From positions 65,718-129,717 of the forward strand of contig CACJSU010000001.1 in the NCBI GenBank assembly GCA_902596165.1: a stretch of DNA of 64,000 bases, given 5' to 3'. The notes below the pieces were generated by a model. The model searched no databases and was not told the origin of the DNA. It saw nothing but the letters and a program-made list of their open reading frames with translations. Position numbers and translations under genes: made by a program. This document shows, one piece after another, positions 9,129 to 18,945 of this stretch. Numbering within the stretch: position 1 is the stretch's first letter; the number at the start of each line of letters is the position of its first letter. This DNA comes from an uncultured SAR86 cluster bacterium. GTDB taxonomy: Bacteria; Pseudomonadota; Gammaproteobacteria; Magnimaribacterales; D2472.

Positions 9129-10832
9129 ATGACTCTGAGAAATATTTTATTTTTAATTTTATTTATTGCTCCTAGTGCATGGGGGCAAGTTAGATATATT
9201 GATTATCCGTCACCTTTTCATCCTACTATTGGAAATTCTGGAATGGTCGTTTCACAAAACCAGTCCTCTTCAGATATTGGGGTAGAAATTTTAAATATGG
9301 GCGGTAATGCAATTGATGCAGCAGTTGCAGTTGGATTTTCTTTAGCAATCACTCTGCCTAGGGCAGGCAATATAGGTGGTGGCGGCTTTATGCTTGTTTA
9401 TTTACATGATGAAAAGAAAACAATAGCTGTAGATTTTAGAAGTGCTGCACCGAAAAACCTTTCAAAAAATGATTTTCTTTTTTTAAAGAATAATTATGAT
9501 CAAAGAAGATATGGGTATAAAGCCTCCGGTGTTCCTGGGACTGTAGCGGGATTATTGCAAACTCATGATCGTTATGGAAAATTACCATTAAAAAAAATAT
9601 TACAACCTGTTATAAAACAAGCTCAAAAAGGAATTCAGGTCAGCTATGATCTCAATCAAGCAATTGGTAGTGCTGATCAAATAAGCCTAAACAATGAGTC
9701 TAAAAATATTTATTATCAAAATAACCGCCCAATAAAAGAACATTTGTTAATGAAGCGACCTGGTTTAGCTTGGACTCTTCGTGAAATAGCGCGAAATGGC
9801 GAAGAAGCTTTCTACACAGGCTCTATTGCCAAGAAGATAGTTAAAGCCATGCAAGAAAATGGCGGTTATATTTCTGCCAAAGATCTTCAAGAATATAAGC
9901 CTAGGTTTGCAGAACCTATCCAAACAACTTATAGAAATCACACAGTTCTTGCGCATCCTCCTCCAGCTGGTGGTGCTGCAGTATTACTTGAAGGATTAAA
10001 TATTTTAGAAAACTTTAGTACTGATAAAATTGGGCCAAACTCAGCAAGCTTCCTGCACTTATTTGCAGAAGCATTACAACGCGGACATATGGATAGATCA
10101 AGGTACATGGGAGATCCTCAATTTTATGACGTCCCGATAAAAAAAATAATTTCAAAAAAAAGAGCAACTTCTTTGGCTAAGACTATTAATTTTGAGAAAG
10201 CTACTCCACCAAGTACATTAAATCCTGATTCATTATTTCATGAGGGCGAAAACACGACTCACTACTCAATCATTGATAAACATGGCAATGTTGTTTCTAA
10301 TACTTACACATTGGGCTATTCATTTGGCTCAGGAGTAACTATCCCTGGAACAGGAATTCTTATGGATAATCAAATGAATAATTTTGCTTATCAGTATGGA
10401 GACCCTGAGGTCATTGATCGCTCTGCAAGCATAGGCAATCGATTTGAGCCAGGCAAAAGACCCATGAGCACCATGACACCTATTATCATCTTTGATGAAA
10501 ACAATGAGCTGAAACTCATCACAGGATCTCCTGGAGGCGCATTAATACCTGCTGCGGTATTAAGACTTGTAACCGGGGTCATAGATTTTAATTTAAATCT
10601 CGGTGAGGCCACCATGCTCCCAAGACTTCATAAAGATTGGCCTTATAAAAATTTACGTTTAGAAAAAGGGTTTAGTAAAGATACCCTACAAATACTTGAA
10701 TCATATGGCCATAAGCTCGAAGAATCAAAAACTATGGGTTCAACACAAAGCATTTTAATCTCTTCAAAAGGCAAAGAAGGTTTTGCTGACTTAAGAAGAC
10801 CCAATGCAGGCGTGGCAATTCAAATTGATTAA
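9129..10832 (+). CDS. ggt: gamma-glutamyltransferase
   Basis: Signal peptide MTLRNILFLILFIAPSAWG. The autoprocessing and catalytic site is GENTTHYSIIDKHGNVVS, with GSPGGALIP near the C-terminus. The listed ORF start at 8961 lies inside the upstream gene, so the ATG at 9129 is used. Confidence 0.9.
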   Translation: MTLRNILFLILFIAPSAWGQVRYIDYPSPFHPTIGNSGMVVSQNQSSSDIGVEILNMGGNAIDAAVAVGFSLAITLPRAGNIGGGGFMLVYLHDEKKTIAVDFRSAAPKNLSKNDFLFLKNNYDQRRYGYKASGVPGTVAGLLQTHDRYGKLPLKKILQPVIKQAQKGIQVSYDLNQAIGSADQISLNNESKNIYYQNNRPIKEHLLMKRPGLAWTLREIARNGEEAFYTGSIAKKIVKAMQENGGYISAKDLQEYKPRFAEPIQTTYRNHTVLAHPPPAGGAAVLLEGLNILENFSTDKIGPNSASFLHLFAEALQRGHMDRSRYMGDPQFYDVPIKKIISKKRATSLAKTINFEKATPPSTLNPDSLFHEGENTTHYSIIDKHGNVVSNTYTLGYSFGSGVTIPGTGILMDNQMNNFAYQYGDPEVIDRSASIGNRFEPGKRPMSTMTPIIIFDENNELKLITGSPGGALIPAAVLRLVTGVIDFNLNLGEATMLPRLHKDWPYKNLRLEKGFSKDTLQILESYGHKLEESKTMGSTQSILISSKGKEGFADLRRPNAGVAIQID

Positions 10833-11379
10833 AGCTTTAGCATTCATTCACAAGATGGATGGGTTATCTGATGATGATTTTAAGGATTACTATGAAAACC
10901 AACATGCTCCCCTTGCCTCTTCACTCCTTTCTTTGGAAGGCTATGAACGAAATTATGTAAACTCAAGACTGAATCCGCTTTATAAATCGCTAGGATCAAT
11001 AAGTATTTTTAAATACCAATCAATGGAAGCGTTAGATGTTGTTGGAAAACAAATGTCTTCTGATGCTGGCGATATATTGCGAAATGATGAGGTGAAATTT
11101 ATGAATGTTCCAAAAAACTATTTTGTTTTAACTCAATCAGATCAATTAACTGAAATGGAATTTAATAAAAAGATTTTTTATTCTGTGAGGGATATGGAAA
11201 ACTTAAATCTATTAGATTCTTATGATGGCATAAAAAAAATTTCAAACAATCTAGTTATTGAGCCTAATCAAATTTTTGGTATTGCTGAGTATGGGATCAC
11301 TAAAGAAGCATCTTTAGATACCTTAGAACATTTAACTCAAGAGCATCCCCAGGCAATAATTACCTCATGTGTTTTCTAA
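10804..11379 (+). CDS. EthD-like (dimeric alpha/beta-barrel) domain protein
   Basis: The N-terminal IKALAFIHKMDGLSDDDFKDYYENQHAPL follows the EthD beta1-alpha1 pattern. The start overlaps the ggt 3' end. The function is unknown. Confidence 0.45.
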   Translation: MQAWQFKLIKALAFIHKMDGLSDDDFKDYYENQHAPLASSLLSLEGYERNYVNSRLNPLYKSLGSISIFKYQSMEALDVVGKQMSSDAGDILRNDEVKFMNVPKNYFVLTQSDQLTEMEFNKKIFYSVRDMENLNLLDSYDGIKKISNNLVIEPNQIFGIAEYGITKEASLDTLEHLTQEHPQAIITSCVF

Positions 11380-12773
11380 GTGGAATGAGCTAAATATTTT
11401 AGCGCTGCATCAATTCTGTTGTTCACTTCAACCAAATCAAACAATGAAAGTGTTAAGCCCAAGGAAGGAGATTGAGTAGATCCAGTCATTGCAATTCTTA
11501 TTGGTTGATTAAGTTTTGGAGTAGTTAAGCTTAATGCGGTTTGAGCCTCCTGCAATGCATGATCTATAGATTCTTCATTCCAAGTATCTAATTTATTTAA
11601 TTTTCTTTGCACATATTCCAAAACAGGCTCCGATCCAATTAAAAATTTATTTGCCGCTTTTTCATCATATGAATTTACTTGAAAAAAGTAGGGTATAAGA
11701 TCTTTGGCAACTCCGAGGAGTGTTGGCTTGGAGCTCCTCATTGCTTCAATAATCTCATTACTGTTTTGCTTTTGAGTTAAGTCAATTTCAACTCTATTAA
11801 GAAATGGGATCAATCTGTCCTTAAAATCATCTAAAGATAGTGCGGCTAGGTGATGATTATTAATCCAGTCTAGCTTTGCTGAGTCAAAAACAGCGCCTGC
11901 TTTTTGAACCTCTTGAATTCTAAAATCAGAGATCAAATCATCTAAATAAAAAATTTCTTTGTCGCCTTTAGACCAACCCAACCGAGCAAGCATGTTTATC
12001 ATAGAAGACTCTAAGTACCCTTGATCAAAATAATCCTGCAAGCTTGTAACAGCATTCCTCTTTGATAACCTTTTTTTATCTTGACCTAGAACCATTGGTA
12101 AGTGCGCATACTCAAGAGGTGGATAACCTAAAGCTTGTTGAATGTGTATTTGTCTGGGTGTGTTGCTTAAATGGTCCTCTCCCCTTACTACGGTTGTAAT
12201 TCCTTGATTAAAATCATCAACGACATTACAAAGATGATATGTTGGAGATCCATCGCTTCTAAGAAGAATCAAATCATCTAATTCAGAATTCTGAAAAACC
12301 ACTTCGCCTCGAACCAAATCATGAAAAACTAACTCGCCATCTTTTGGTGTTTTTAACCTTAGGACCGTTTTTTCAGACCGTTTCAGTCCAAGATTTCTAC
12401 TTCTTCCGTCATACATAGGTTTTTTGCCAGCTAATTCCTGCTCTTTGCGCATTTCCTCGAGAGCTTCTTTTGAACAATCGCACCAATAAGCATTACCAGA
12501 TTCTATTATTTTACCTACAGCCAACTTATATAGTTCGGATCTTTCAGATTGTCTAACAGGAGGCTCATCAGGATTAATACCAATATCAGACAATCCTTTG
12601 AGAATATTTTCTTCATACTCTTTCGTTGATCTTTCACGGTCTGTATCTTCGACTCTGACTAAGAACTTTCCTTTGTTTTGCTTAGCATACACATAGTTAA
12701 ATAATGCAGTCCTTACTCCTCCTATGTGCAAGGCTCCGGTCGGACTGGGTGCAAATCTTGTAACTTTTGTCAT
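11376..12773 (-). CDS. gltX: glutamate--tRNA ligase
   Basis: HIGH motif (PTGALHIGGVRTALF) and KMSKS-type motif (RLSKRN), 465 aa. Confidence 0.95.
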   Translation of the reverse strand: MTKVTRFAPSPTGALHIGGVRTALFNYVYAKQNKGKFLVRVEDTDRERSTKEYEENILKGLSDIGINPDEPPVRQSERSELYKLAVGKIIESGNAYWCDCSKEALEEMRKEQELAGKKPMYDGRSRNLGLKRSEKTVLRLKTPKDGELVFHDLVRGEVVFQNSELDDLILLRSDGSPTYHLCNVVDDFNQGITTVVRGEDHLSNTPRQIHIQQALGYPPLEYAHLPMVLGQDKKRLSKRNAVTSLQDYFDQGYLESSMINMLARLGWSKGDKEIFYLDDLISDFRIQEVQKAGAVFDSAKLDWINNHHLAALSLDDFKDRLIPFLNRVEIDLTQKQNSNEIIEAMRSSKPTLLGVAKDLIPYFFQVNSYDEKAANKFLIGSEPVLEYVQRKLNKLDTWNEESIDHALQEAQTALSLTTPKLNQPIRIAMTGSTQSPSLGLTLSLFDLVEVNNRIDAALKYLAHST

Positions 12774-13468
12774 GATGAATCTCTTTTTGAATTAATTGCA
12801 GCAATTCTTTGATCATTTGCCAACATGTCCTCCTTAGAGACAATAATTTTTGGAATGGGAAATTTCTTTAAATCGATATTGAGTTCGCTCGTTTCACTTT
12901 CAAAATTAGAATTTATATTTGATGCAATGAATTCAAACTTACTTTGACCGCCAGTTAAATGAATATATACATCTGCTAGAATATTTGCATCTAACAAGGC
13001 GCCATGAAAGCTTCTGTCGTAACCGCTTATCTCAAATCTATTTGCAAGGGCGTCTAAAGAGTTTCGCTGACCGGGGAATTTACTTCTTGCCATTAGCAAA
13101 GTATCTTCAACTTCACATATTTCCTCAAGCGGTGGATAATTCGAGGAGGCTCTCTTTAACTCAGCATTGAGAAAACCTAAATCAAAAGCAGCATTATGAA
13201 TAACCAATATACTACCTTCTACAAACTCTAAAAACTCCTCTGCAATCTCTGAGAACTCTGGCTCATTTGAAAGCCGCTCTACTGAAAGGCCGTGAACTTT
13301 CTCAGCTTCCTCATCTATAGATCGTTGAGGATTTAAATATGAGTGAAAATGAAGATCTGTTCTTTTTCTGTCAGCAAGAGCAACTGCACCTACCTCAACA
13401 ATTCGGTGACCTTGCTCAACCTCCAGTCCGGTTGTTTCAGTATCAAGAACAATGAGTTTTTTTGTCAT
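12770..13468 (-). CDS. dnaQ: DNA polymerase III epsilon (proofreading exonuclease) subunit
   Basis: Exo I (VLDTETTGL), Exo II ([10 protein letters not shown]) and Exo III ([14 protein letters not shown]). It has 4-nt overlaps with rnhA and gltX. Confidence 0.92.
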   Translation of the reverse strand: MTKKLIVLDTETTGLEVEQGHRIVEVGAVALADRKRTDLHFHSYLNPQRSIDEEAEKVHGLSVERLSNEPEFSEIAEEFLEFVEGSILVIHNAAFDLGFLNAELKRASSNYPPLEEICEVEDTLLMARSKFPGQRNSLDALANRFEISGYDRSFHGALLDANILADVYIHLTGGQSKFEFIASNINSNFESETSELNIDLKKFPIPKIIVSKEDMLANDQRIAAINSKRDSS

Positions 13469-13899
13469 AAGATGGAATCGATCCCTTTGTTCGCCAATAA
13501 ATCAGCAGCTTCATTGCCAGCATCTCCTGAATGGCCTTTTACCCAGTGCCATTGTACTTGATGCTGAGAAATTAATTGATCTAATTTTTGCCATAATTCT
13601 TTGTTTTTTACATCTTTTTTTGCAGCAGTTCTCCAATTATTTTTTTTCCAATTTTGAATCCATTGAGTTATACCATCCATTACATACTTTGAATCAGTAT
13701 ATAACTCTACACTGCAACGCTCTTTTAAAGCAGCCAGACCCTCGATTGCTGCTGTAAGTTCCATTTGATTATTGGTTGTATCTACTTGACCGCCAAAAAT
13801 TTCTTTTTCTATCGCATCTAACCTTATAAGAGCGCCCCAACCTCCTGGACCTGGATTACCTCTACATGCACCATCAGTGTAAATAATTACCTGTTTCAT
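13465..13899 (-). CDS. rnhA: ribonuclease HI
   Basis: [33 protein letters not shown] and [16 protein letters not shown]; 144 aa. Confidence 0.95.
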   Translation of the reverse strand: MKQVIIYTDGACRGNPGPGGWGALIRLDAIEKEIFGGQVDTTNNQMELTAAIEGLAALKERCSVELYTDSKYVMDGITQWIQNWKKNNWRTAAKKDVKNKELWQKLDQLISQHQVQWHWVKGHSGDAGNEAADLLANKGIDSIL

Positions 13900-13908
13900 G
13901 AGTTAAAA

Positions 13909-14037
13909 TATGACATGGATGCTTATGACTAATCAATTTATAAAAGCTTATACTAATCATTATATTTGGTTAATTGTAACTAATGAAGACAATCTTTTAC
14001 TTACATATAAAGAGCTGGGACTTATTCACAAAACATA
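13909..14037 (+). pseudogene. gloB: 42-codon relic resembling the N-terminus of hydroxyacylglutathione hydrolase (gloB)
   Basis: Not in the ORF track. It translates to MTWMLMTNQFIKAYTNHYIWLIVTNEDNLLLTYKELGLIHKT. From the third Met it aligns with E. coli GloB ([28 protein letters not shown]), with YIW at the same offset. It stops before the HxHxDH metal motif. Its position and orientation, upstream of mltD and next to rnhA, match E. coli b0211-b0215 synteny. Confidence 0.35.
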
Positions 14038-14049
14038 AAATTTAATATC

Positions 14050-15501
14050 ATGAATAAATTCTTATTAATTTTTGTATTACTTGTAAGCTCAAGCTGTGAA
14101 CTACCTTCAATTATTCAAGCTGATCGATACATTGAACCTATCCCATTAAAGGCATCTGAAAGCCTCCCGCAATATACAAATGTTTGGGACCGAATAAGAA
14201 AAACTAGCTCAAATGAGCAAGCCAAGCTTGATGAAAAAACCCTTCGATATATTAACTCTTACCTTGCTAACCCTGCTCAGCTGAATAAGCTACTTGAAAA
14301 AGGAAGATATTTTATTTTCTTTGTTCTTGAAGAATTAGATAGATACAGGCTTCCATCTGAACTAGCACTTCTTCCCTACATTGAAAGTAACTATGACCCA
14401 TTTTCCATCTCGGCGTCAGGAGCAATGGGGCTATGGCAGTTTATGCCTGCAACAGCAAGGATATATGGCCTTAAAGATACATGGTGGTATGAGCAAAGGC
14501 ATGATCCTTTGGTGTCATCAAAAGCAGCTGTTAGATATTTAGCCTATCTTCACAATAGATTTAACAAAGAAATTACATACACTCTTGCGGCATATAACGG
14601 TGGCCCGACTCTCCTTGAAAAGCAAATTAAACTTAATAGAAGAGCAGGCAAGCCAACTAATTATGAAAATCTTAAGCTTCCAAAACAAACTAAGGAATAT
14701 GTGCCTAAATTTAAGGCGATACTTGAATTAGTTCTTAACGCTGAAAAATATGGAATTATTCTGCCAGATTTTCCTAATAAAAAAGTTTTGGGAAGCATAG
14801 AACTTGACGGTCAAGTTGAAATATTATCCTTCAGCGAATTTGCTGGCTTGAAGCCTGAATTTGTATATAAATTAAATGCAGGATATACAAAATGGGCTTC
14901 GCCTCCCGGAAATAAAACTACCTTCAATATCCCAGTGGAGTTAGAGGAAATTTTAAACCTCAAAAAAGATAACTTTATTCAAACAAGTCAGATCAACTGG
15001 GTCACACATAAAGTTTCAAAAGGAGATAGTTTGTGGAAGATTGCTGAAGAATTTGATACTGAGGTCAATGTCTTAAAAAAAGTTAACTATCTAACTTCTA
15101 ATGTCTTAAGCCTAAATCAAGAGTTATTGATTCCGTTAAGCAACGACCAAAATCAAACATTTATCCCCTATCAAGCGCATATTATTAGCGAAGGCGATAC
15201 GTTATGGAATCTTGGAATTCAATACAAAATCTCTCCTGCAGAAATAGCTAAGAATAACGGATTAAGACTAAATTCACCCTTAACAATCGGCAAAGAATTA
15301 AATATAGGAAATAAAAATATTTACCGAACAATTAACTCAAAAAAAAGAACAATTTTATACAGTGTTAAACAAGGGGATAGTCTTTATCGAATAGCAGATA
15401 TCTTTAATATTGAGATCTCAGATATTAGGAATATCAATGAATTATCAAGCAATGAAATTAAGCCTGGGCAAGTTTTAAAAATTATAATTAGAGCATATTA
15501 A
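14050..15501 (+). CDS. mltD: membrane-bound lytic murein transglycosylase D-like protein with three LysM repeats
   Basis: SLT catalytic region (LLPYIESNYDPFSISASGAMGLWQFM, AYNGGP) plus three LysM units (HKVSKGDSLWKIAEEF, HIISEGDTLWNLGIQY, YSVKQGDSLYRIADIF). Confidence 0.85.
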   Translation: MNKFLLIFVLLVSSSCELPSIIQADRYIEPIPLKASESLPQYTNVWDRIRKTSSNEQAKLDEKTLRYINSYLANPAQLNKLLEKGRYFIFFVLEELDRYRLPSELALLPYIESNYDPFSISASGAMGLWQFMPATARIYGLKDTWWYEQRHDPLVSSKAAVRYLAYLHNRFNKEITYTLAAYNGGPTLLEKQIKLNRRAGKPTNYENLKLPKQTKEYVPKFKAILELVLNAEKYGIILPDFPNKKVLGSIELDGQVEILSFSEFAGLKPEFVYKLNAGYTKWASPPGNKTTFNIPVELEEILNLKKDNFIQTSQINWVTHKVSKGDSLWKIAEEFDTEVNVLKKVNYLTSNVLSLNQELLIPLSNDQNQTFIPYQAHIISEGDTLWNLGIQYKISPAEIAKNNGLRLNSPLTIGKELNIGNKNIYRTINSKKRTILYSVKQGDSLYRIADIFNIEISDIRNINELSSNEIKPGQVLKIIIRAY

Positions 15502-16352
15502 TCTGAAGAAATTTTAGGATCTAACGCATCCCTCAAGCCGTCTCCAAAAAAATTTAATGCAAACAGGGTAATAGTAAAAGTTAATCCTGGGTAGATTAAC
15601 AACCATGAATATTCTTCCATAGATTCAACACCATATCTAATTAAGGTGCCCCAGCTACTCATTGGTGGCTGAATTCCAAGACCTAAAAAGCTTAAGAACG
15701 CCTCTAGTAACATAACCTGAGGAATGGTTAATGTTGCGTAAACGGCGATGGGACCAAGAATATTTGGAAAGATATGCTTTCTGAACATTTGCATATTTGT
15801 AACTCCCATGGCCTGAGCCGCTAAAACATACTCTTGATTTTTTATTGTTAAAACTTGCCCCCTAACAATCCTTGCCATAGTTAGCCATTCAACAGCTCCT
15901 ATAGCAGCAAATAAAAGCCAAATGTTCCTTCCAAAAATCACCATCAACAAAATAATGAAAATAATAAATGGTAATCCATATAGAACATCGACGATTCTCA
16001 TCATGACAGAATCAACTCTACCACCAAAATATCCAGCAATGATTCCCCAACTGACGCCAATAACCAAAGCAACACCAGTTGCAACAAACCCAACTAACAG
16101 TGAAACTCTTGCGCCATATAAAATCCTGCTAAATAAATCTCGACCAAGAGTATCAGTGCCTAGCAAAAAATCACGAGAGGGTGGTTGCGCTCCTAGCTCA
16201 AGATTTTGATATGCATAAGAATGGGGAGCTATCCATGGTGCAAAAATAGCAAGGAAAATTAATAGCAACAGAATGATTCCACCAGCTACAGCAGCTTTAT
16301 TCGCAAGTAATCTTCTCCAAGCATCTGACCATAATGAGCTTCCTTGACTCAT
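15498..16352 (-). CDS. oppC: oligopeptide/dipeptide ABC transporter permease
   Basis: 284 aa with 6 TM segments. It has the binding-protein-dependent transport signature region (QEYVLAAQAMGVTNMQMFRKHIFPN). Confidence 0.85.
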   Translation of the reverse strand: MSQGSSLWSDAWRRLLANKAAVAGGIILLLLIFLAIFAPWIAPHSYAYQNLELGAQPPSRDFLLGTDTLGRDLFSRILYGARVSLLVGFVATGVALVIGVSWGIIAGYFGGRVDSVMMRIVDVLYGLPFIIFIILLMVIFGRNIWLLFAAIGAVEWLTMARIVRGQVLTIKNQEYVLAAQAMGVTNMQMFRKHIFPNILGPIAVYATLTIPQVMLLEAFLSFLGLGIQPPMSSWGTLIRYGVESMEEYSWLLIYPGLTFTITLFALNFFGDGLRDALDPKISSD

Positions 16353-17272
16353 GCCTCACTCCTAGCACGAGGATTCATCAGCAAAACAGCGATATCAGAT
16401 AAAAGATTGAAGAATATGATCAGAGTTGAGAAGAAAATGGTGGTGCCTAAAATCATTGTGTAGTCTCTATTGAAGGCTGCTTCAACATAAAACCTACCTA
16501 GACCTGGAATCTGAAAGATTGTCTCTACAACGAAAGATCCTCCGATTAGTCCTGCGACTGCAGGCCCTAAAAATGAAACCACCGGGACAAGCCCGCCTTG
16601 GAGTGCATGATTAATAATTACCTTATATTCTGGTAACCCCTTTGCTCTTGCTGTTCGAATGTAATCTTGGCTGAGCGTTTCCAACATACCTCCTCTGCTC
16701 AACCTTGCAATATAGGCTGCATATGCAGCCCCAAGAGTTATAGATGGCAAAATCTTATCTCCAGCAAGAGAATCCCAACCAGAAACGGGTAAAACCTCAA
16801 GATGAATGCCAAAATATAAAACCAATAATGGGCCTAGCAAGAATGTAGGCATGCAGATTCCAATCATTGCAATAGTCATAGGTATATAGTCTAGCAATGT
16901 ATTTCTCTTCACAGCTGCGATGACCCCTGCAAGACTTCCAATGACCATGGCAACAATAATGGCATAAAACGCTAACTCAAAAGTGACCGGCAAGCCTGTA
17001 AAAATCATCTCTGTTACTGATCTTCCTGGATACCTAAATGATGGCCCAAAATCTCCTTGGATGAGATTAAACATGTAATCTCTATATTGAATAATTAAAG
17101 GGGCGTCTAAATTATAGACCGCATTTAAATTCTTCATGACTTGGGGTGGAACAACTTTTTCTGCATCAAAAGGACCACCAGGCGCCATGCGTACTAAAAA
17201 AAATGTCAAAGATGCAACAACCAAAATAACCGGAATAGCGATTGCAATTCTTTTCAGGATAACTTGCAGCAT
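16349..17272 (-). CDS. oppB: oligopeptide/dipeptide ABC transporter permease
   Basis: 307 aa with the EAA-type loop (DYIRTARAKGLPEYKVIINHALQ). It overlaps oppC by 4 nt. Confidence 0.85.
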   Translation of the reverse strand: MLQVILKRIAIAIPVILVVASLTFFLVRMAPGGPFDAEKVVPPQVMKNLNAVYNLDAPLIIQYRDYMFNLIQGDFGPSFRYPGRSVTEMIFTGLPVTFELAFYAIIVAMVIGSLAGVIAAVKRNTLLDYIPMTIAMIGICMPTFLLGPLLVLYFGIHLEVLPVSGWDSLAGDKILPSITLGAAYAAYIARLSRGGMLETLSQDYIRTARAKGLPEYKVIINHALQGGLVPVVSFLGPAVAGLIGGSFVVETIFQIPGLGRFYVEAAFNRDYTMILGTTIFFSTLIIFFNLLSDIAVLLMNPRARSEA

Positions 17273-17279
17273 TTTTAGG

Positions 17280-18884
17280 CTATCTTTCTAGATAAATAAA
17301 TTTTGGATGATGTGTGTCTAACAGGTTTGGGTGCCAGCCTTTAACATCACTTGATAACTGATATTGCCGGACATAAGTATAGATAGGAATAATAGGCATT
17401 TCACTTATTAATAATCGCTCCGCCTGCATAAGATAGTCATACCTTAAAGATTGTTCATTTGTTGAATTTGCGAGCTCTAGCAATTGATCATATTCTTTAT
17501 TTTCCCAACCAGTTTTATTATTACCTCTATTAGGTCGCAATGTATCTAAAAATGTATTTGGATCCTCATAATCTCCAATCCATCCTGCTCTGGATATCTG
17601 AAAATCACCAGTCATTTCTCTAGCCAAATAAACTTTCCAGTCTTGATTAACTAACTGTACGGAGATCCCTAAATTTTCTTGCCACATCTGCTGAACTGCC
17701 AGAGCTATTTTTCTATGCCCTTCTTGAGTATTAAATAGAATCTCCAGGACGGGAAAACCTATACCGTCTTTATAGCCAGCTTCAGCTAACAGAGTTTTTG
17801 CTAAAGATGGATCAAATGGGATCTCAGTATCAGGCTCGTAACCCGCTGAGCCAGGTGGTGTGAAAGAATAAGCAGCCTTTTGCCCACATTTAGAAACCTT
17901 GTCAACAATTTGATTTCTGTTCAAAGCATAAGCCAAAGCCAATCTAACTTTTTTATCCTTTAAGACAGGATGCAGGGTATTAACTCTATAAAAATATGTA
18001 CCCATGTAAGGCTCAATTCTTAAATTAGGATTATTATTTTCAATATAGACTGGACATTTTTCTAAAGGTACAACATTTGTTACATGAAGCTGACCAGCTC
18101 TAAACATTCTATCTTCAGTTGATTCATTAGACACAGGATAGTATCTAATTTCATTAAGTTTCACTTTATTTGCATCCCAATACAATGGATTTTTTTCTAC
18201 TGTAATCTGTTTATTAAGCTCCCAAGATTTTAAATTCATTGGACCATTGCATACAAAATTACCGGGACGAGTCCACAAACCATTCCTATCATCAATTGAA
18301 CCATGCTTGAGGATGGTTTCTTTATGAACAGGATATGTGCTGTAGTGACTCAAGAGCCTAATAAAAAAAGGTGTGGGATTTTTTAGCTCTACTTGCAACT
18401 CATGATCATTTATAGCTTTTACGCCAACTGTTGAGAAATCATTAGTTTTAGCTTGGTGAAAGTCAGCAGCGCCCTTAACGTAATAAAGCATATCTGGGTA
18501 TTGAGAGCCTAATGATGGGGTAAGAATTCTCATCCAGGACCAAACAAAGTCATCAGCAACCAATGGGTCTCCATTTGACCACTTAGCTTTCTTGTTAAGA
18601 TAGAATGTATAAATTTTACCATCAGGACTAATTGTCCAAGATTCTGCAACTCCAGGTAAATTCTCTCCGCCTTTAGGGTTTGCAATTGTTAGCCCTTCAC
18701 ACATGGAGATTAACAAGTGATGTTCTGGGACACCAGTTACAATGTGCGGATCAAGTCCTTGAGGCTCACTACCATTACCAAAATGAAGTATCTGAGTATC
18801 TAACCCAGCGTCAACAGGTGAAACAGTTTCACCGCAGCCAATAAGGAAGAATAGAAATAAGAGTGGGATATGTTTATTTTTCAT
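17280..18884 (-). CDS. oppA: peptide ABC transporter substrate-binding lipoprotein (family 5 SBP)
   Basis: Lipobox LFFLIGCG, 534 aa, with OppA/DppA-like motifs (AESWTISPDGKIYTFYLNKKAKWSNGDPLVADDF). Confidence 0.85.
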   Translation of the reverse strand: MKNKHIPLLFLFFLIGCGETVSPVDAGLDTQILHFGNGSEPQGLDPHIVTGVPEHHLLISMCEGLTIANPKGGENLPGVAESWTISPDGKIYTFYLNKKAKWSNGDPLVADDFVWSWMRILTPSLGSQYPDMLYYVKGAADFHQAKTNDFSTVGVKAINDHELQVELKNPTPFFIRLLSHYSTYPVHKETILKHGSIDDRNGLWTRPGNFVCNGPMNLKSWELNKQITVEKNPLYWDANKVKLNEIRYYPVSNESTEDRMFRAGQLHVTNVVPLEKCPVYIENNNPNLRIEPYMGTYFYRVNTLHPVLKDKKVRLALAYALNRNQIVDKVSKCGQKAAYSFTPPGSAGYEPDTEIPFDPSLAKTLLAEAGYKDGIGFPVLEILFNTQEGHRKIALAVQQMWQENLGISVQLVNQDWKVYLAREMTGDFQISRAGWIGDYEDPNTFLDTLRPNRGNNKTGWENKEYDQLLELANSTNEQSLRYDYLMQAERLLISEMPIIPIYTYVRQYQLSSDVKGWHPNLLDTHHPKFIYLER

Positions 18885-18900
18885 GCAGGTATTATATATA

Positions 18901-18928
18901 AAAAAAAGGCCGGTAAACCGGCCTTTTT
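18901..18928 (-). terminator. intrinsic terminator-like hairpin after the receptor gene 18946..21906
   Basis: GGCCGG (18908-18913), loop TAAA, CCGGCC (18918-18923). It is flanked by an A-run (18900-18907), which is the U-tract on the minus strand, and by T5 on the plus side. Confidence 0.8.
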
Positions 18929-18945
18929 AATTAGTTTATGCTCTT

